From a virus (Duplodnaviria > Heunggongvirae > Uroviricota > Caudoviricetes): DNA of 63,419 bases. Location of the stretch: IMG/VR virus record IMGVR_UViG_2579778871_000002. One strand, given 5' to 3'. Below are positions 50,998 through 61,868 of this stretch, one piece after another (position 1 is the first letter of the stretch; the number at the start of each line of letters is the position of its first letter). Below the pieces are notes generated by a model that worked only from the letters and a program-made list of their open reading frames with translations, was not told where the DNA came from and searched no databases. The position numbers and the translations under genes were made by a program.

Positions 50998-52190
50998 TCA
51001 CTATTACCAAAGAGCGACTGCTGACAATCAAGCAGTGGCGCGAAACATACGGACCTGGCAGCAACGTTGTACTGCCAGCAGAAGAAGCGGAAGAACTGGC
51101 ACGAATTGCTCTGGCATCTCTGGAAGCAAAACCAATAGGTGCATTTCACATTGCAGAACAGCAAGTTGACGGCACAAGTGACTACATCAAGGATGGGGAG
51201 TGGCCTATTGATAATGGGACAATTGAAGTATACGCCGCCCCTCCAGCGCCAGTAGTACCGGAAGAAAAACCAATGCCTAACCCTCTTGGCATGTACGCGG
51301 TTGATGCTGTTGCTGCTATTGCAGAGGTGAGAGGCTGGAACGCCTGCCGCGCCGCCATGCTTCAGTCCGGAAACTTTCGGGAAAACAATAATTCGTCAAC
51401 CAATAATTTTCGGGAAATCGCGGAAACGTCAACCAACTATCCGATAATTCCTAGTGAGGTGTTGTCCGCAATCCTGAAGGTTGCCAAGATTCGTGCCGAT
51501 TTCGATGATTTTGACGGTGACAGGCGAGGTATCGGTGATTGTCTGGATGAGGCTGAGCAAGAGCTTATCGTTACCATTAACAAATATGCCAGTCAGTTGG
51601 CAGCAGAACCGATAGCGACTAATGACGTTCGAGAGCAAACAGCCGTTCCGCCAGTTCCTGTAATACAGGCTGATGTCGCGCAGGCAATTGAAAAACTCAA
51701 ACGGAAATTAGTGGAATGCAATCGCTATAACTACTGCGCAGATGCAGTTAAGGGCGTTGAGTATGCCTGCCACGCTGCCATGCTTCAGGGTAGCCAACCT
51801 GTAAGCCAAACTTACAAGTTTCCAGTTAATACACCTTGCCAGGATGCGCCAGCCCATATCTGGCTGCAAACAGCTGGAGTATGGCCAGAAGATGGCGAGT
51901 TAAGCGAATTAACGTGGTGCAGCCACAATCAGCACCATGATGACACGCTATATGTTCGAGCTGACTTGGTAAATGGCAATTCTCCGGTAACTCCGGATGG
52001 TTGGATAAGCTGTAGTGAGCGAATGCCCGCTCAAGATGATTGGATTTTAATTTATTCAAAGCACGGTGAGTATATGGCAGGACAGGTGCAAGGGGAATAC
52101 GTGGAGTTGAGCGACGGCACTTTATCGTGGTTAGGGAACGCCTTGTTCTGGATGCTGCTACCAGAACCTCCCCAGGAGGCAGGTCAATGA
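50994..52190 (+). CDS. hypothetical protein with C-terminal DUF551-like domain
   Basis: 398 aa; GWISCSERMPAQDDWILIY. Confidence 0.4.
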   Translation: MITITKERLLTIKQWRETYGPGSNVVLPAEEAEELARIALASLEAKPIGAFHIAEQQVDGTSDYIKDGEWPIDNGTIEVYAAPPAPVVPEEKPMPNPLGMYAVDAVAAIAEVRGWNACRAAMLQSGNFRENNNSSTNNFREIAETSTNYPIIPSEVLSAILKVAKIRADFDDFDGDRRGIGDCLDEAEQELIVTINKYASQLAAEPIATNDVREQTAVPPVPVIQADVAQAIEKLKRKLVECNRYNYCADAVKGVEYACHAAMLQGSQPVSQTYKFPVNTPCQDAPAHIWLQTAGVWPEDGELSELTWCSHNQHHDDTLYVRADLVNGNSPVTPDGWISCSERMPAQDDWILIYSKHGEYMAGQVQGEYVELSDGTLSWLGNALFWMLLPEPPQEAGQ

Positions 52191-52254
52191 GCTGGCCTGA
52201 AGCATTCGCAACGGTAGGAATTGTGATGGCGGCAGCACTGGGTTTGTATTCAAT

Positions 52255-52506
52255 TTGTCGCTGGTGGTAACGATGGGGAAATTAACTTTTGTAGTCGAAT
52301 TTGAGGATGGTAAAGAGCCACCTGTTAGCGCCAATCTTGATGTTGCTGGTGGCAGGCTTGTTTCGGTTCTATTTGGTGACTACCGAGATGACTTCTTCCA
52401 ACCAGAAGAAGTTGATGTAGTGCGAGAGGCATTAAACGAGTTAAGTGTTGACAACGATGATGCTCATGCGGAAATCATCCAAAAAATGGAACTGCTAACT
52501 CACTAA
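52255..52506 (+). CDS. small acidic protein
   Basis: 83-aa ORF. Confidence 0.35.
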   Translation: MSLVVTMGKLTFVVEFEDGKEPPVSANLDVAGGRLVSVLFGDYRDDFFQPEEVDVVREALNELSVDNDDAHAEIIQKMELLTH

Positions 52507-52554
52507 ATTAGAAATTATGGTGCTATCACCTACGACACCGAGAGAAAATTTATA

Positions 52555-52677
52555 ATGTCAAAAGTAAATGTTTTGATTTTTTCAGCAATTGTTGGCTTTG
52601 GTTTTACTGCCGGAGTGCAGATTTATATTACGTGGGAAAAAATCATCAACTACGCATGGAGTTGTTTTATTAAGTGA
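52555..52677 (+). CDS. small hydrophobic peptide (40 aa), not in ORF track
   Basis: MSKVNVLIFSAIVGFGFTAGVQIYITWEKIINYAWSCFIK; single TM helix. Confidence 0.25.
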   Translation: MSKVNVLIFSAIVGFGFTAGVQIYITWEKIINYAWSCFIK

Positions 52678-52684
52678 GGTAAGT

Positions 52685-52978
52685 ATGTGGAGAGGTAATA
52701 GTCATGGCAAAAGCCAGATGATACTTACCGAATATCAGCTCGACCACAAAACCAATAAATCACGTTCAGTATATTTGCTTCGCCACAATAGCCGCGTAAG
52801 GAATACCGTACTGGAGCAAAATCTGACCGTTGAAATGGATAATTACGGGGGCTTCAAGCCAACAATATCGCTTGATGATTTTCCTCGTGGTTTAAGCGAA
52901 AGAGAAGCAATGCTGAAATTAGCAGAATGGCTACAAAGATTAAGCATTGCTATTGAAGATAACTGGTCTGAACCTTAA
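52685..52978 (+). CDS. hypothetical protein
   Basis: 97 aa from SD-preceded ATG within track ORF 52589..52978. Confidence 0.35.
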   Translation: MWRGNSHGKSQMILTEYQLDHKTNKSRSVYLLRHNSRVRNTVLEQNLTVEMDNYGGFKPTISLDDFPRGLSEREAMLKLAEWLQRLSIAIEDNWSEP

Positions 52979-52984
52979 ATTTAT

Positions 52985-53359
52985 ATGATGACACTAAAAC
53001 ATTTTCTTGACCGCCCATTATGGGCGGCAGCCGCAGGCTATGACTTTAATTATATGGATTGCATGTCTTATACTGCCAATGCATACGACCATTCGTTCAG
53101 CCTGCTGTTTAATTCTTTAAGAATATTGCCGGAAACAGAAGTTGGAGAGCTTCATTTATGGATATTGGGCTTTATCGCGGCTGTCGTTGGTATTGCTGTA
53201 TGGCCTTTTATTTTCTGGCTGGTGGCTGTTGTAGTGTGGTTTAAGTGTAAGACATACCGGAAAAAGTATTTCTTAGGTGATGGAATGACTGATATTGCCA
53301 AAATGAACATTGAAAAATGGACTAAGGAATGTGAAAAGAAATGGCGCAAAAAGAAATGA
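52985..53359 (+). CDS. membrane protein
   Basis: 124 aa; hydrophobic helices LWILGFIAAVVGIAVWPFIFWLVAVVVWF. Confidence 0.4.
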   Translation: MMTLKHFLDRPLWAAAAGYDFNYMDCMSYTANAYDHSFSLLFNSLRILPETEVGELHLWILGFIAAVVGIAVWPFIFWLVAVVVWFKCKTYRKKYFLGDGMTDIAKMNIEKWTKECEKKWRKKK

Positions 53360-53991
53360 CCAGAATCACTGAAGAGCGTATATCAGAGATTATTTCCCGT
53401 ATCGAAATGTATGGTCACGGTGCTGGATATACGGCAGATGAAGTATTGGAAATAGCCCAGCAGATGCTGGCCTTGAGACAAAAAGAGCAACATGAAAGTA
53501 ATACGTGTAGATTGAATTTTGAGCAGTGGCTGGAACAGCAACGCGGAAAAATCGATGTGGACTGTGGTTGTGTGTCCACTGAAACATTCATGCACTGGCT
53601 GCGGGTAGCTTACGAGGCTGGCAACTATCCGGATATTCCGGATAGTTCGGTGCCAGCGCCAGGAAAGGGCGTCACCGGTGAACGTATCCGCATTAAGCCG
53701 CATGTTTATCGCGAACTGGTTAACCGTCTCCACGATACAGCGATCAAGTGTGCTGGCACCCAGCAATTACGAGAAAGAATTAGCCGTGTTTTGGGCGACG
53801 TTATTACGCCAGATCATCATAAACAAGTCGAGAAAAGTGGCCTGGAAAGATGTCACCTTGAGGCGGCATTAAACATTAAGCCAGGGCATACGCTTGGCAT
53901 TATTGATGCACTATTGGTTCATAAGATGGCCAGGGCTTTATTGCCGCTGGCGGCTGAAAAGCATGAGGCGGACCATGCCAACGAAAGCTGA
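53341..53991 (+). CDS. hypothetical protein
   Basis: 216-aa ORF. Confidence 0.4.
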   Translation: MAQKEMTRITEERISEIISRIEMYGHGAGYTADEVLEIAQQMLALRQKEQHESNTCRLNFEQWLEQQRGKIDVDCGCVSTETFMHWLRVAYEAGNYPDIPDSSVPAPGKGVTGERIRIKPHVYRELVNRLHDTAIKCAGTQQLRERISRVLGDVITPDHHKQVEKSGLERCHLEAALNIKPGHTLGIIDALLVHKMARALLPLAAEKHEADHANES

Positions 53992-54259
53992 GTTACAGGC
54001 GCGCATAGAGATTCTTGAAAAAGAGAATGCGAGTCTAAAAGGAATGCTGGCGCGGGCGGAAAGGGAATTATCAGGCAAATTATTGCCAGAAGAACTGCCA
54101 CCAGCAGATATACCAGATCGAGTGTCCCGGTGGATGAAGTCTTTTGGTTTACCGTGGGAGGCTTTTTGGTGCTACGAGCATCGCAGATGGTGTGATGAAC
54201 TTGATAGCAGTTTCCCCTACTTTGCGGAAGGGAACACTTGCCCTGAGTGTAGGAGGTAG
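53975..54259 (+). CDS. small protein with C-terminal CxxC
   Basis: About 94 aa from MPTKAELQARIEILEKEN; ends CPECRR. Confidence 0.3.
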   Translation: MPTKAELQARIEILEKENASLKGMLARAERELSGKLLPEELPPADIPDRVSRWMKSFGLPWEAFWCYEHRRWCDELDSSFPYFAEGNTCPECRR

Positions 54260-54263
54260 CGCG

Positions 54264-54524
54264 ATGTTTCGTCCTCGTCCAATACCGCCGAAAATAACTA
54301 ATGGCTATCAGCCGAATACTCCAGAAATACAAGGGAGTGAGGGGCTTAAACCACCACCAGCACCACGTATTCCGCCTGTAGCAAGGAACGTATCATTACG
54401 ACGAGAGTTAATATTAGCCTTGTCGCCCGTTCTGGCTGCCCGCCAGGATTGGGTAAGTAATGATGACCTGGCAGAAAAAATCACATCGCTGGTGGATAAA
54501 ATTCTGCATAAAGCTGATGTCTGA
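54264..54524 (+). CDS. Pro-rich small protein
   Basis: 86 aa from AGGAGG-preceded ATG. Confidence 0.35.
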   Translation: MFRPRPIPPKITNGYQPNTPEIQGSEGLKPPPAPRIPPVARNVSLRRELILALSPVLAARQDWVSNDDLAEKITSLVDKILHKADV

Positions 54525-54563
54525 TCACCATGCTAAAATCCCCTCAATTCACAGAGGGGATTT

Positions 54564-54836
54564 TTGTATATGTTGCATAGAGTTTTATGGAAAAGCGTTA
54601 TTGTCGGCGCGATACTGGCTATATCTGGGTGCGCAATGGTGCAATACAACGACGGTGAAAAGGTAAGCATACAGTCAGATGGTTGGTATGGCCTGGATAG
54701 CCTGCAAAAAACCGCAGATAAAGCCTGTCAGCAATATGGGAAGTCTAAAGCTGTATATCAGCATAGCGCGAATGCTAATCCCCATCTCGCTCCCGGTTCG
54801 GGTGTTCAGAATACCATCTGGAAATGTGAGCTTTAA
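54564..54836 (+). CDS. small lipoprotein
   Basis: 90 aa; signal/lipobox AILAISGCAMV. Confidence 0.45.
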   Translation: MYMLHRVLWKSVIVGAILAISGCAMVQYNDGEKVSIQSDGWYGLDSLQKTADKACQQYGKSKAVYQHSANANPHLAPGSGVQNTIWKCEL

Positions 54837-54884
54837 ACATGAGCAACTGCAATATTGCAGCTAAAAGCCAGGAAGAACGGAATT

Positions 54885-55409
54885 ATGACAAAATTTGGAA
54901 AGCTGGAAGCTCATTTGCTAACTCGTAACTACCGCCATGATATACACCCATATAGACAGTGGATCGATGAAAGTGAAGGAGTAGTTACATTCCCTCTATA
55001 CAGATTTGATGGGATGTTGGCTGGGTATCAGACATATAGACCAGGTGCTCCTAAGCAGCATAGCAATCCGAAGATGGCTCGGTATTTCACGCGATCACAT
55101 GGCAAACAGTTACTTTGGGGAACCTATCTTCCTTTAAAAGATGGCCCAATATGGATAACTGAGTCTATTTTTAAGAGCGCAGCTGTACACAACGCGGGCG
55201 GCAATTCGTGGGCGCTGTTAGGTTCGACTTTCTCCGCAGGATTACGCCGTCAACTTGCGATGCTGCCGTATGACTTTCGTGTAATAGGTGACAATGATGC
55301 GGCTGGTGAATTACTTGTGAAGTCTTTCGGAAAAGGTTTTGTGGCCCCGGATCTTGACGAGCTACAACCACATGAAGTGTCTCATTTGATTTTTAGCCAT
55401 AGCCAATAA
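54885..55409 (+). CDS. TOPRIM-like domain protein
   Basis: About 174 aa; IWITESIFKSA and VIGDNDAAGE motifs. Confidence 0.35.
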   Translation: MTKFGKLEAHLLTRNYRHDIHPYRQWIDESEGVVTFPLYRFDGMLAGYQTYRPGAPKQHSNPKMARYFTRSHGKQLLWGTYLPLKDGPIWITESIFKSAAVHNAGGNSWALLGSTFSAGLRRQLAMLPYDFRVIGDNDAAGELLVKSFGKGFVAPDLDELQPHEVSHLIFSHSQ

Positions 55410-55469
55410 GCATCCCTCCACTTTGAGGCCACAAGTAGTGGCCTTAAACAATGTGTTTTCTACCTCGAT

Positions 55470-56051
55470 TTAGCCTCTATTATCGTTTTGCATTTCTCTA
55501 ATCCGGTTCAGAACTACTTCATGCTGGGCTTGGATAGCGGCTTTTTCGTTTTCAAGTCGGGCAATAGACATCTCTAATTCTTTGCTGTACCAGGCGAGTT
55601 GGGCCAGGTTCATCCGGTTGTGGTCGAGAGTTGGAGACACTTCGACGCGATCCCTTTCTTCCTGCTTTAATGAGAAGAGATTCATCTCATCCCTTGAGGA
55701 AAATTCAGCAACAATTTCTTGTTGATGATCCGGTCGCTGCGGCATCCTCGCCAGTATAAATGGCGGTTCTTTTGAAAACATGAATGTCGGTTCAGAACGT
55801 GTTTTCACCCATCTAGCCTGCTGTCTTTCGGCAAGTTCACAGGCTTCATCATAGTTATTTGCCAAACCAAGCACGGATGGACGGTCCCACGCGCCACCAT
55901 TCAGACAATAAACAACAATTTTCCCGTCATGTTCTGTAACCCCATAGGGATGGTCCCACCAGGCGTCCAGCTGAGCTTTAGAGCGTTTCTCGTTAGGAGT
56001 GCAGTCAAAATTTTTGGGCAATACAGGATCGAGAGGAATGCGATTAGACAT
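55470..56051 (-). CDS. hypothetical protein (isolated minus-strand gene)
   Basis: 193-aa ORF with C-terminal coiled coil. Confidence 0.4.
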   Translation of the reverse strand: MSNRIPLDPVLPKNFDCTPNEKRSKAQLDAWWDHPYGVTEHDGKIVVYCLNGGAWDRPSVLGLANNYDEACELAERQQARWVKTRSEPTFMFSKEPPFILARMPQRPDHQQEIVAEFSSRDEMNLFSLKQEERDRVEVSPTLDHNRMNLAQLAWYSKELEMSIARLENEKAAIQAQHEVVLNRIREMQNDNRG

Positions 56052-56186
56052 AGCTAATTCCTTATTAACTGATTGGCAACGAGGTTACGCTGATCCGTTG
56101 GTGATGAATAGTAGCAAAGAGCACAAAATCATCAGCGGTGGTTGATGTACGTAACGCGTTTGCACCAAAGGTGTCTCTTTAATGTA

Positions 56187-56206
56187 TACTGTATAAATGA
56201 ACAGTA
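56187..56206 (+). promoter_or_regulatory. LexA (SOS) box upstream of humD
   Basis: TACTGTATAAATGAACAGTA fits CTGT-N8-ACAG consensus. Confidence 0.75.
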
Positions 56207-56225
56207 TTATTGAGGTGAAAACGCT

Positions 56226-56615
56226 ATGGGCTTCCCTTCTCCTGCGGCGGATTATGTTGAAAGCCGAATTTCTCTTGATCAGCAACTAATCAGGCATCCA
56301 TCAGCAACCTACTTCATGCGGGCAGCTGATAGCCATCACCGTGAGGGAATATTGCAGGGTGCTTTGCTGGTGGTTGATTCCTCGCTTACTCCGGTTGATG
56401 GTTCTCTGCTTGTGTGCGCTATGGAGGGTGAATATCGCATAAAGAGATACAGGAAGTATCCGCGCCAGCACCTGGAGGATTTAAGCACCGGGAAGAAAGA
56501 GGCGTTACCAGAAGATGACGATGGATGCACGGGCAGTAATGCTGTTTTTGGTGTGATCACTCATGTCATCAATGATGCCCGAAGTGGGGAGTTTGATGAT
56601 TGTCCGGTTATTTAA
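56226..56615 (+). CDS. humD: UmuD'-like SOS mutagenesis protein
   Basis: 129 aa; S24 peptidase-like fold lacking N-terminal cleavage region; LexA box upstream. Confidence 0.7.
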   Translation: MGFPSPAADYVESRISLDQQLIRHPSATYFMRAADSHHREGILQGALLVVDSSLTPVDGSLLVCAMEGEYRIKRYRKYPRQHLEDLSTGKKEALPEDDDGCTGSNAVFGVITHVINDARSGEFDDCPVI

Positions 56616-56687
56616 GCTGCAAAGAGCTGGTGCTTTATGCCTGTGAGGTTTATAATTGTGTACACATAACGAGTACACGAGGTGTTT

Positions 56688-56909
56688 ATGCAATCCATTA
56701 ACTTCCGTACCGCGCGCGGCAACCTTTCTGAAGTGCTCAACAATGTTGAAGCCGGGGAAGAGGTTGAAATCACCCGCAGAGGCCGTGAGCCAGCAGTAAT
56801 TGTCAGCAAGGCGACTTTCGAAGCCTACAAAAAAGCGGCGCTGGATGCCGAATTTGCATCCCTGTTTGACACACTGGACTCCACCAACAAGGAACTGGTT
56901 AACCGATAA
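56688..56909 (+). CDS. phd: Phd antitoxin
   Basis: 73 aa [73 protein letters not shown]; ATGA coupling to doc. Confidence 0.9.
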
Positions 56910-57289
56910 TGAGGCATATATCACCGGAAGAACTGATAGCGCTTCATGATGCGAATATAAGCCGCTACGGCGGCCTGCCGGGAATGTCAGATCCGGGTAG
57001 GGCAGAGGCCATTATCGGGAGAGTTCAGGCCAGAGTTGCCTACGAAGAGATCACCGACCTTTTCGAAGTCTCCGCCACCTACCTGGTGGCTACAGCGAGA
57101 GGGCATATATTCAATGATGCCAATAAGCGTACCGCGCTAAACAGTGCGCTGCTATTTCTACGCCGTAACGGGGTGCAGGTATTTGATTCACCTGAACTGG
57201 CAGACCTTACTGTAGGCGCTGCGACTGGCGAGATATCTGTATCTTCTGTCGCCGACACGTTACGTAGATTGTATGGTTCTGCGGAGTAG
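56909..57289 (+). CDS. doc: Doc toxin (Fic-fold kinase)
   Basis: 126 aa; [11 protein letters not shown] Fic-like motif. Confidence 0.9.
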
Positions 57290-57293
57290 ATTA

Positions 57294-57473
57294 ATGGCAC
57301 GCAAATACAACAAATTGTCCCGTGAAGCGTTAAAGATGCTTCTTGATGGCGTGAGTCGCCGCAAGGTAAAGCAATACTTGGTTGGTAAGCAAATTGGTGC
57401 CAGGACCGCTATTGCTGTGTTATGCCGTCAGGAAATGGTTGTGCTTAAACAGAGAATGCCGGGCAGCAGATAA
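57294..57473 (+). CDS. small basic HTH-like protein
   Basis: 59 aa MARKYNKLSREALKMLLDGVSRRKVKQYLVG... Confidence 0.3.
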   Translation: MARKYNKLSREALKMLLDGVSRRKVKQYLVGKQIGARTAIAVLCRQEMVVLKQRMPGSR

Positions 57474-57500
57474 AGCCCAATCAGTGATGAAAGGTGTGAT

Positions 57501-58544
57501 GTGAAAGCCGTAATTACTCCCTTTGTACAGAAAGAGCTTGGCCTCGCCACGTTCAAAGTGGATCAGGAGGTCAGAAAGCTGGTGGAGGCTGGCCGTAAAT
57601 TTATTATGGAGCCGGTGCCGCGTGAGTTAATCGAGCACATGGAAGACGGCCTCGTTGTTACCGAGCAAACCATGGCAACAAATGAGGCGTTGCAGCCGTT
57701 TTTTAACAGCGATGAACTGTTTCGCCGTATTGGTGGAATTGACGCGCTGGTGGCGTGGTTGCGCAGGAAAGAGGAACAATGCCAGGCCGCAGATCGTAGC
57801 TGGTGTGACAACCATATTGTCCACGCAGAACGAGACAATAGCGCGGTGTTGTTGTGCTGGCATCACGATAACCATTACCGGATGCGTGGTTTTAATGAGC
57901 TGAAAGAAACGCTGCATAATAATCGCGTTAACTGGATACTGGATGTCGCCCGTCAGGAAATGGGGCTTTCAGATGGCCATGATTTAAGTATTCAGGAACT
58001 GTGCTGGTGGGCTTTCATGCGCAACATGATGCACCTGATGCCGGAAGAAGTTTGCCGTATATCAATAAATAAGATGAAAGCCGCAACGCAGGATAGCGGA
58101 CCTTTGAAAGAGGCGGATATTCGCCCGTATGACGATCGCGCTACAGCATATGTTCAGATGATGGAAGAACGCGCCGCGCCGATGCGTGCAAAAGTATGCC
58201 CTGTGGATGTTGACTCCGACCCTGGCATGGCGCATTTCAAAATACCAAAACTGCAATCGCTAAAATTACCTGAGTACATGGACTTTGTTGCTTCCCGTCC
58301 ATGCTGTGGGTGTGGAGCTGCGGGAGCTGGCGCTCACATTACGCCTTATATCGTTCGTCATAGTCGATTATGCGCGCATGACATTTACGCAATTCCTCTG
58401 TGCCAGTCATGCCAGCGTGATATTGAGCGTGACCGCGATAATTGGGAGAAAACGCACGGCAGGCTGGCGATGCATCAACGATTGTTCTTTGATTACGCGC
58501 TTGGAGTCGGCGCTATCACAAGTCATTCGTCGAGCGTTAGATAA
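57501..58544 (+). CDS. hypothetical protein with Cys-rich C-terminus
   Basis: 347 aa; [12 protein letters not shown]...C..C cluster. Confidence 0.4.
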   Translation: MKAVITPFVQKELGLATFKVDQEVRKLVEAGRKFIMEPVPRELIEHMEDGLVVTEQTMATNEALQPFFNSDELFRRIGGIDALVAWLRRKEEQCQAADRSWCDNHIVHAERDNSAVLLCWHHDNHYRMRGFNELKETLHNNRVNWILDVARQEMGLSDGHDLSIQELCWWAFMRNMMHLMPEEVCRISINKMKAATQDSGPLKEADIRPYDDRATAYVQMMEERAAPMRAKVCPVDVDSDPGMAHFKIPKLQSLKLPEYMDFVASRPCCGCGAAGAGAHITPYIVRHSRLCAHDIYAIPLCQSCQRDIERDRDNWEKTHGRLAMHQRLFFDYALGVGAITSHSSSVR

Positions 58545-58545
58545 A

Positions 58546-58562
58546 ATTGCTCTAATGTGTTG
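58546..58562 (+). promoter_or_regulatory. C1 operator-like site upstream of lpa-like gene
   Basis: ATTGCTCTAATGTGTTG, first 11 positions match. Confidence 0.4.
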
Positions 58563-58632
58563 CTATTTCTTTAATCGAGGGTATTATATTCCACGTTGAT
58601 TAGTTGACATGGGCTAATCAGTAGGTGACAGG

Positions 58633-59085
58633 ATGTTACTTAACTGGCAGGGACGCCACTTCATGGAAATAAATCACTCACGAATAACATCGTATGAGAT
58701 TGCGGATTACATGATCCGCACTAAATCTCTTCTATCAGCGAAAGAACTCGCAGCAATCCTTGAAAAGGAATACCCGCATCTGGATGTCGATAAGCGCGAC
58801 GTTTATCTGCGCTTAAAGGCTATCGCTGTGTCTAAGTATTCGTCTGTTTTGATTGACGATAGTACACGCCCACGTAGATTTCAGATCCACTCTCTGAACC
58901 CTGAATTCTTTCGCCGCAGCCGCGCACCGCGCCGGTTTGATGAAAAACTCCAGAACGAACTCTATATGACGCAGGACGAAAAGGAACGCCGGGAGCACCA
59001 GCCTTGGGTAATGGCGCGTCAACTTTTCAATAAGGTGGCCCGTCAGCACCGTCATTACGGTAATGCCACATCCGCACGTATCTGA
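58633..59085 (+). CDS. lpa: late promoter activator-like protein
   Basis: 150 aa immediately upstream of pacA. Confidence 0.45.
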   Translation: MLLNWQGRHFMEINHSRITSYEIADYMIRTKSLLSAKELAAILEKEYPHLDVDKRDVYLRLKAIAVSKYSSVLIDDSTRPRRFQIHSLNPEFFRRSRAPRRFDEKLQNELYMTQDEKERREHQPWVMARQLFNKVARQHRHYGNATSARI

Positions 59086-59166
59086 TTGCTTGCCCGTTCC
59101 GGGCCTTTTGACATGTGACTTTCGTTACCCTCGCGTCAAAAAGAGTTTTTACGAAAGGAAGCATAA

Positions 59167-60360
59167 GTGACCTGGGACGATCACAAGAAGAATTTTGCTC
59201 GCCTGGCGCGAGATGGTGGTTACACCATCGCACAGTATGCCGCCGAGTTTAATCTTAACCCTAATACTGCACGTCGTTATCTCCGTGCCTTCAAAGAAGA
59301 CACCAGGACAGCGGACAGCCGCAAGCCAAATAAGCCAGTCAGGAAGCCACTAAAAAGCATGATCATTGATCACTCTAATGATCAACATACAGGTGATCAC
59401 ATTGCGGCTGAAATAGCGGAAAAACAAAGGGTTAATGCCGTTGTCAGTGCCGCAGTCGAGAATGCGAAGCGCCAAAATAAGCGCATAAATGATCGTTCAG
59501 ATGATCATGACGTGATCACCCGCGCCCACCGGACCTTACGTGATCGCCTGGAACGCGACACCCTGGATGATGATGGTGAACGCTTTGAATTCGAAGCGGG
59601 CGATTACCTGATAGATAACGTTGAAGCGCGGAAGGCCGCGCGCGCTATGTTGCGTCGTTCCGGAGCTGATGTTCTGGAAACCACTCTTCTGGAAAAGTCT
59701 CTTTCTCATCTCCTTATGCTGGAGAACGCCCGGGATACGTGTATTCGCCTGGTGCAGGAAATGCGCGATCAGCAAAAAGACGATGATGAAGGTACTCCGC
59801 CTGAATACCGTATCGCGAGCATGCTAAACAGCTGTTCCGCGCAGATAAGCAGCCTGATCAACACCATTTACAGCATCCGCAATAACTATCGAAAAGAAAG
59901 CCGGGAGGCGGAAAAGCACGCTTTATCTATGGGGCAAGCTGGCATTGTTAAGCTGGCATACGAACGAAAGCGTGAAAATAACTGGTCAGTGCTGGAAGCA
60001 GCTGAATTCATCGAGGCGCATGGCGGGAAAGTGCCGCCCCTGATGCTGGAGCAAATCAAAGCCGATCTGCGTGCTCCTAAGACCAATACCGATGATGAGG
60101 AAAGGCAAACAGCCGTCGGTGGCCCTTCTCTTGAAGATCTGGACAAAGTTGCGCGAGAACGGGCCGCCAACCGCCGCGCCGATGCCGCATTGTGGATTGA
60201 GCAGCGTAGGGAAGAAATCGCCGATATCGTTGATACAGGCGGTTATGGAGATGTTGATACTGAAGGTGTATCAAACGACCCATGGCTGGAACAAGACCTG
60301 GACGAAGACGAGGAGGAAGACGAAGAAGTTACCCGCAAGCTATACGGGGATGATGATTAA
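59167..60360 (+). CDS. pacA: terminase small subunit PacA (GTG start)
   Basis: 397 aa; N-terminal HTH; pac hexamer repeats inside gene; TAATG coupling to pacB. Confidence 0.8.
   Translation: MTWDDHKKNFARLARDGGYTIAQYAAEFNLNPNTARRYLRAFKEDTRTADSRKPNKPVRKPLKSMIIDHSNDQHTGDHIAAEIAEKQRVNAVVSAAVENAKRQNKRINDRSDDHDVITRAHRTLRDRLERDTLDDDGERFEFEAGDYLIDNVEARKAARAMLRRSGADVLETTLLEKSLSHLLMLENARDTCIRLVQEMRDQQKDDDEGTPPEYRIASMLNSCSAQISSLINTIYSIRNNYRKESREAEKHALSMGQAGIVKLAYERKRENNWSVLEAAEFIEAHGGKVPPLMLEQIKADLRAPKTNTDDEERQTAVGGPSLEDLDKVARERAANRRADAALWIEQRREEIADIVDTGGYGDVDTEGVSNDPWLEQDLDEDEEEDEEVTRKLYGDDD
59360..59545. other. pac packaging site (TGATC(A/G) hexamer clusters)
   Basis: Four TGATCA at 59360-59399 and TGATCG/TGATCA/TGATCA at 59490-59518 (plus TGATCG at 59540). 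Confidence 0.75.
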
Positions 60361-61844
60361 TGGCCAGAAGTTGCGTAACGGATCCACGTTGGCGCGAGCT
60401 GGTGGCGCTATATCGTTATGACTGGATTGCTGCCGCTGATGTTTTGTTCGGCAAAACACCTACCTGGCAGCAGGATCTGATTATTGAGTCTGTGCAGGAA
60501 CAGGGTAGCAAGACATCTGTTTCGTCTGGTCACGGTACCGGGAAATCAGACATGACTTCTATCATGATCATGTTGTTCATAATCATGTATCCCGGTGCCC
60601 GCGCCATTATCGTTGCGAACAAAATTCAGCAGGTAATGACCGGTATATTCAAGTACATCAAGATAAACTGGGCTACTGCCACCAGCCGTTTCCCATGGCT
60701 TGCTGATTATTTTGTTCTGACAGAAACCGCTTTCTATGAGGTTACTGGTAAAGGTGTATGGACTGTAGTACCGAAGGGCTTTCGTCTGGGAAGTGAAGAA
60801 GCTCTCGCCGGTGAACACGCAGATCATCTTCTGTATATTATCGATGAAGCCTCCGGTGTCAGTGATAGAGCTTTCGGTATCATCACCGGTGCTCTTACCG
60901 GACAGGATAACCGCATCTTATTACTGTCACAGCCTACACGCCCAAGCGGCTATTTCTACGATACACATCATAAACTGGCCAAGCGTCCTGGTAACCCTGA
61001 TGGCGTTTATACGGCGATCACGCTTAACAGTGAGGAATCACCGTTGGTAACGCCAGCATTTATCAAAATGAAGCTGGCGGAGTACGGCGGGCGTGATAAC
61101 CCTATGTACATGATTAAGGTACGCGGCCTATTCCCTAAATCACAGGATGGCTTCCTTCTTGGACGTGATGAGGTTGAACGTGCAACGCGGCGGAAAGTCA
61201 AGATTGCAAAAGGATGGGGCTGGCTTGCATGTGTGGACGTTGCTGGTGGTACGGGACGGGATAAGTCCGTTATCAATATCATGATGGTGTCCGGCCAGCG
61301 AAATAAACGCCGTGTAATCAACTATCGAATGCTGGAATACACAGACGTTACAGAAACGCAGCTTGCCGCCAAAATTTTCGCAGAATGTAATCCTGAGCGA
61401 TTCCCAAATATCACCATAGCGATAGACGGCGATGGCCTGGGTAAAGCAACGGCGGATCTGATGTACGAGTATTATGGTATTACCGTACAGCGTATACGCT
61501 GGGGTAAAAAGATGCATAGCCGTGAAGATAAGAGCCTGTACTTTGATAAACGTGCTTATGCCAACGTTCAAGCCGCAGAGGCCGTAAAATCTGGTCGTAT
61601 GAGACTGGATAAGGGTAATGAAACTATTGAGGAAGCGTCGAAAATCCCTGTAGGGATTAACTCCGCAGGTCAATGGAAGGTGATGAGTAAGGAGGATATG
61701 AAGAAAAAACTCAACCTGCACTCACCAGACCATTGGGATACATATTGTTTCGCTATGCTGGCGGATTATGTTCCCCAGGATGAAGTGCTTAGCGTCGAAG
61801 ACGAAGCGCAGGTTGATGAAGCTCTGGCATGGCTTAATGAATAA
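60360..61844 (+). CDS. pacB: terminase large subunit PacB
   Basis: 494 aa; Walker B-like [10 protein letters not shown]. Confidence 0.8.
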   Translation: MARSCVTDPRWRELVALYRYDWIAAADVLFGKTPTWQQDLIIESVQEQGSKTSVSSGHGTGKSDMTSIMIMLFIIMYPGARAIIVANKIQQVMTGIFKYIKINWATATSRFPWLADYFVLTETAFYEVTGKGVWTVVPKGFRLGSEEALAGEHADHLLYIIDEASGVSDRAFGIITGALTGQDNRILLLSQPTRPSGYFYDTHHKLAKRPGNPDGVYTAITLNSEESPLVTPAFIKMKLAEYGGRDNPMYMIKVRGLFPKSQDGFLLGRDEVERATRRKVKIAKGWGWLACVDVAGGTGRDKSVINIMMVSGQRNKRRVINYRMLEYTDVTETQLAAKIFAECNPERFPNITIAIDGDGLGKATADLMYEYYGITVQRIRWGKKMHSREDKSLYFDKRAYANVQAAEAVKSGRMRLDKGNETIEEASKIPVGINSAGQWKVMSKEDMKKKLNLHSPDHWDTYCFAMLADYVPQDEVLSVEDEAQVDEALAWLNE

Positions 61845-61868
61845 CTCATTGACCATGCCGGATGGAAA

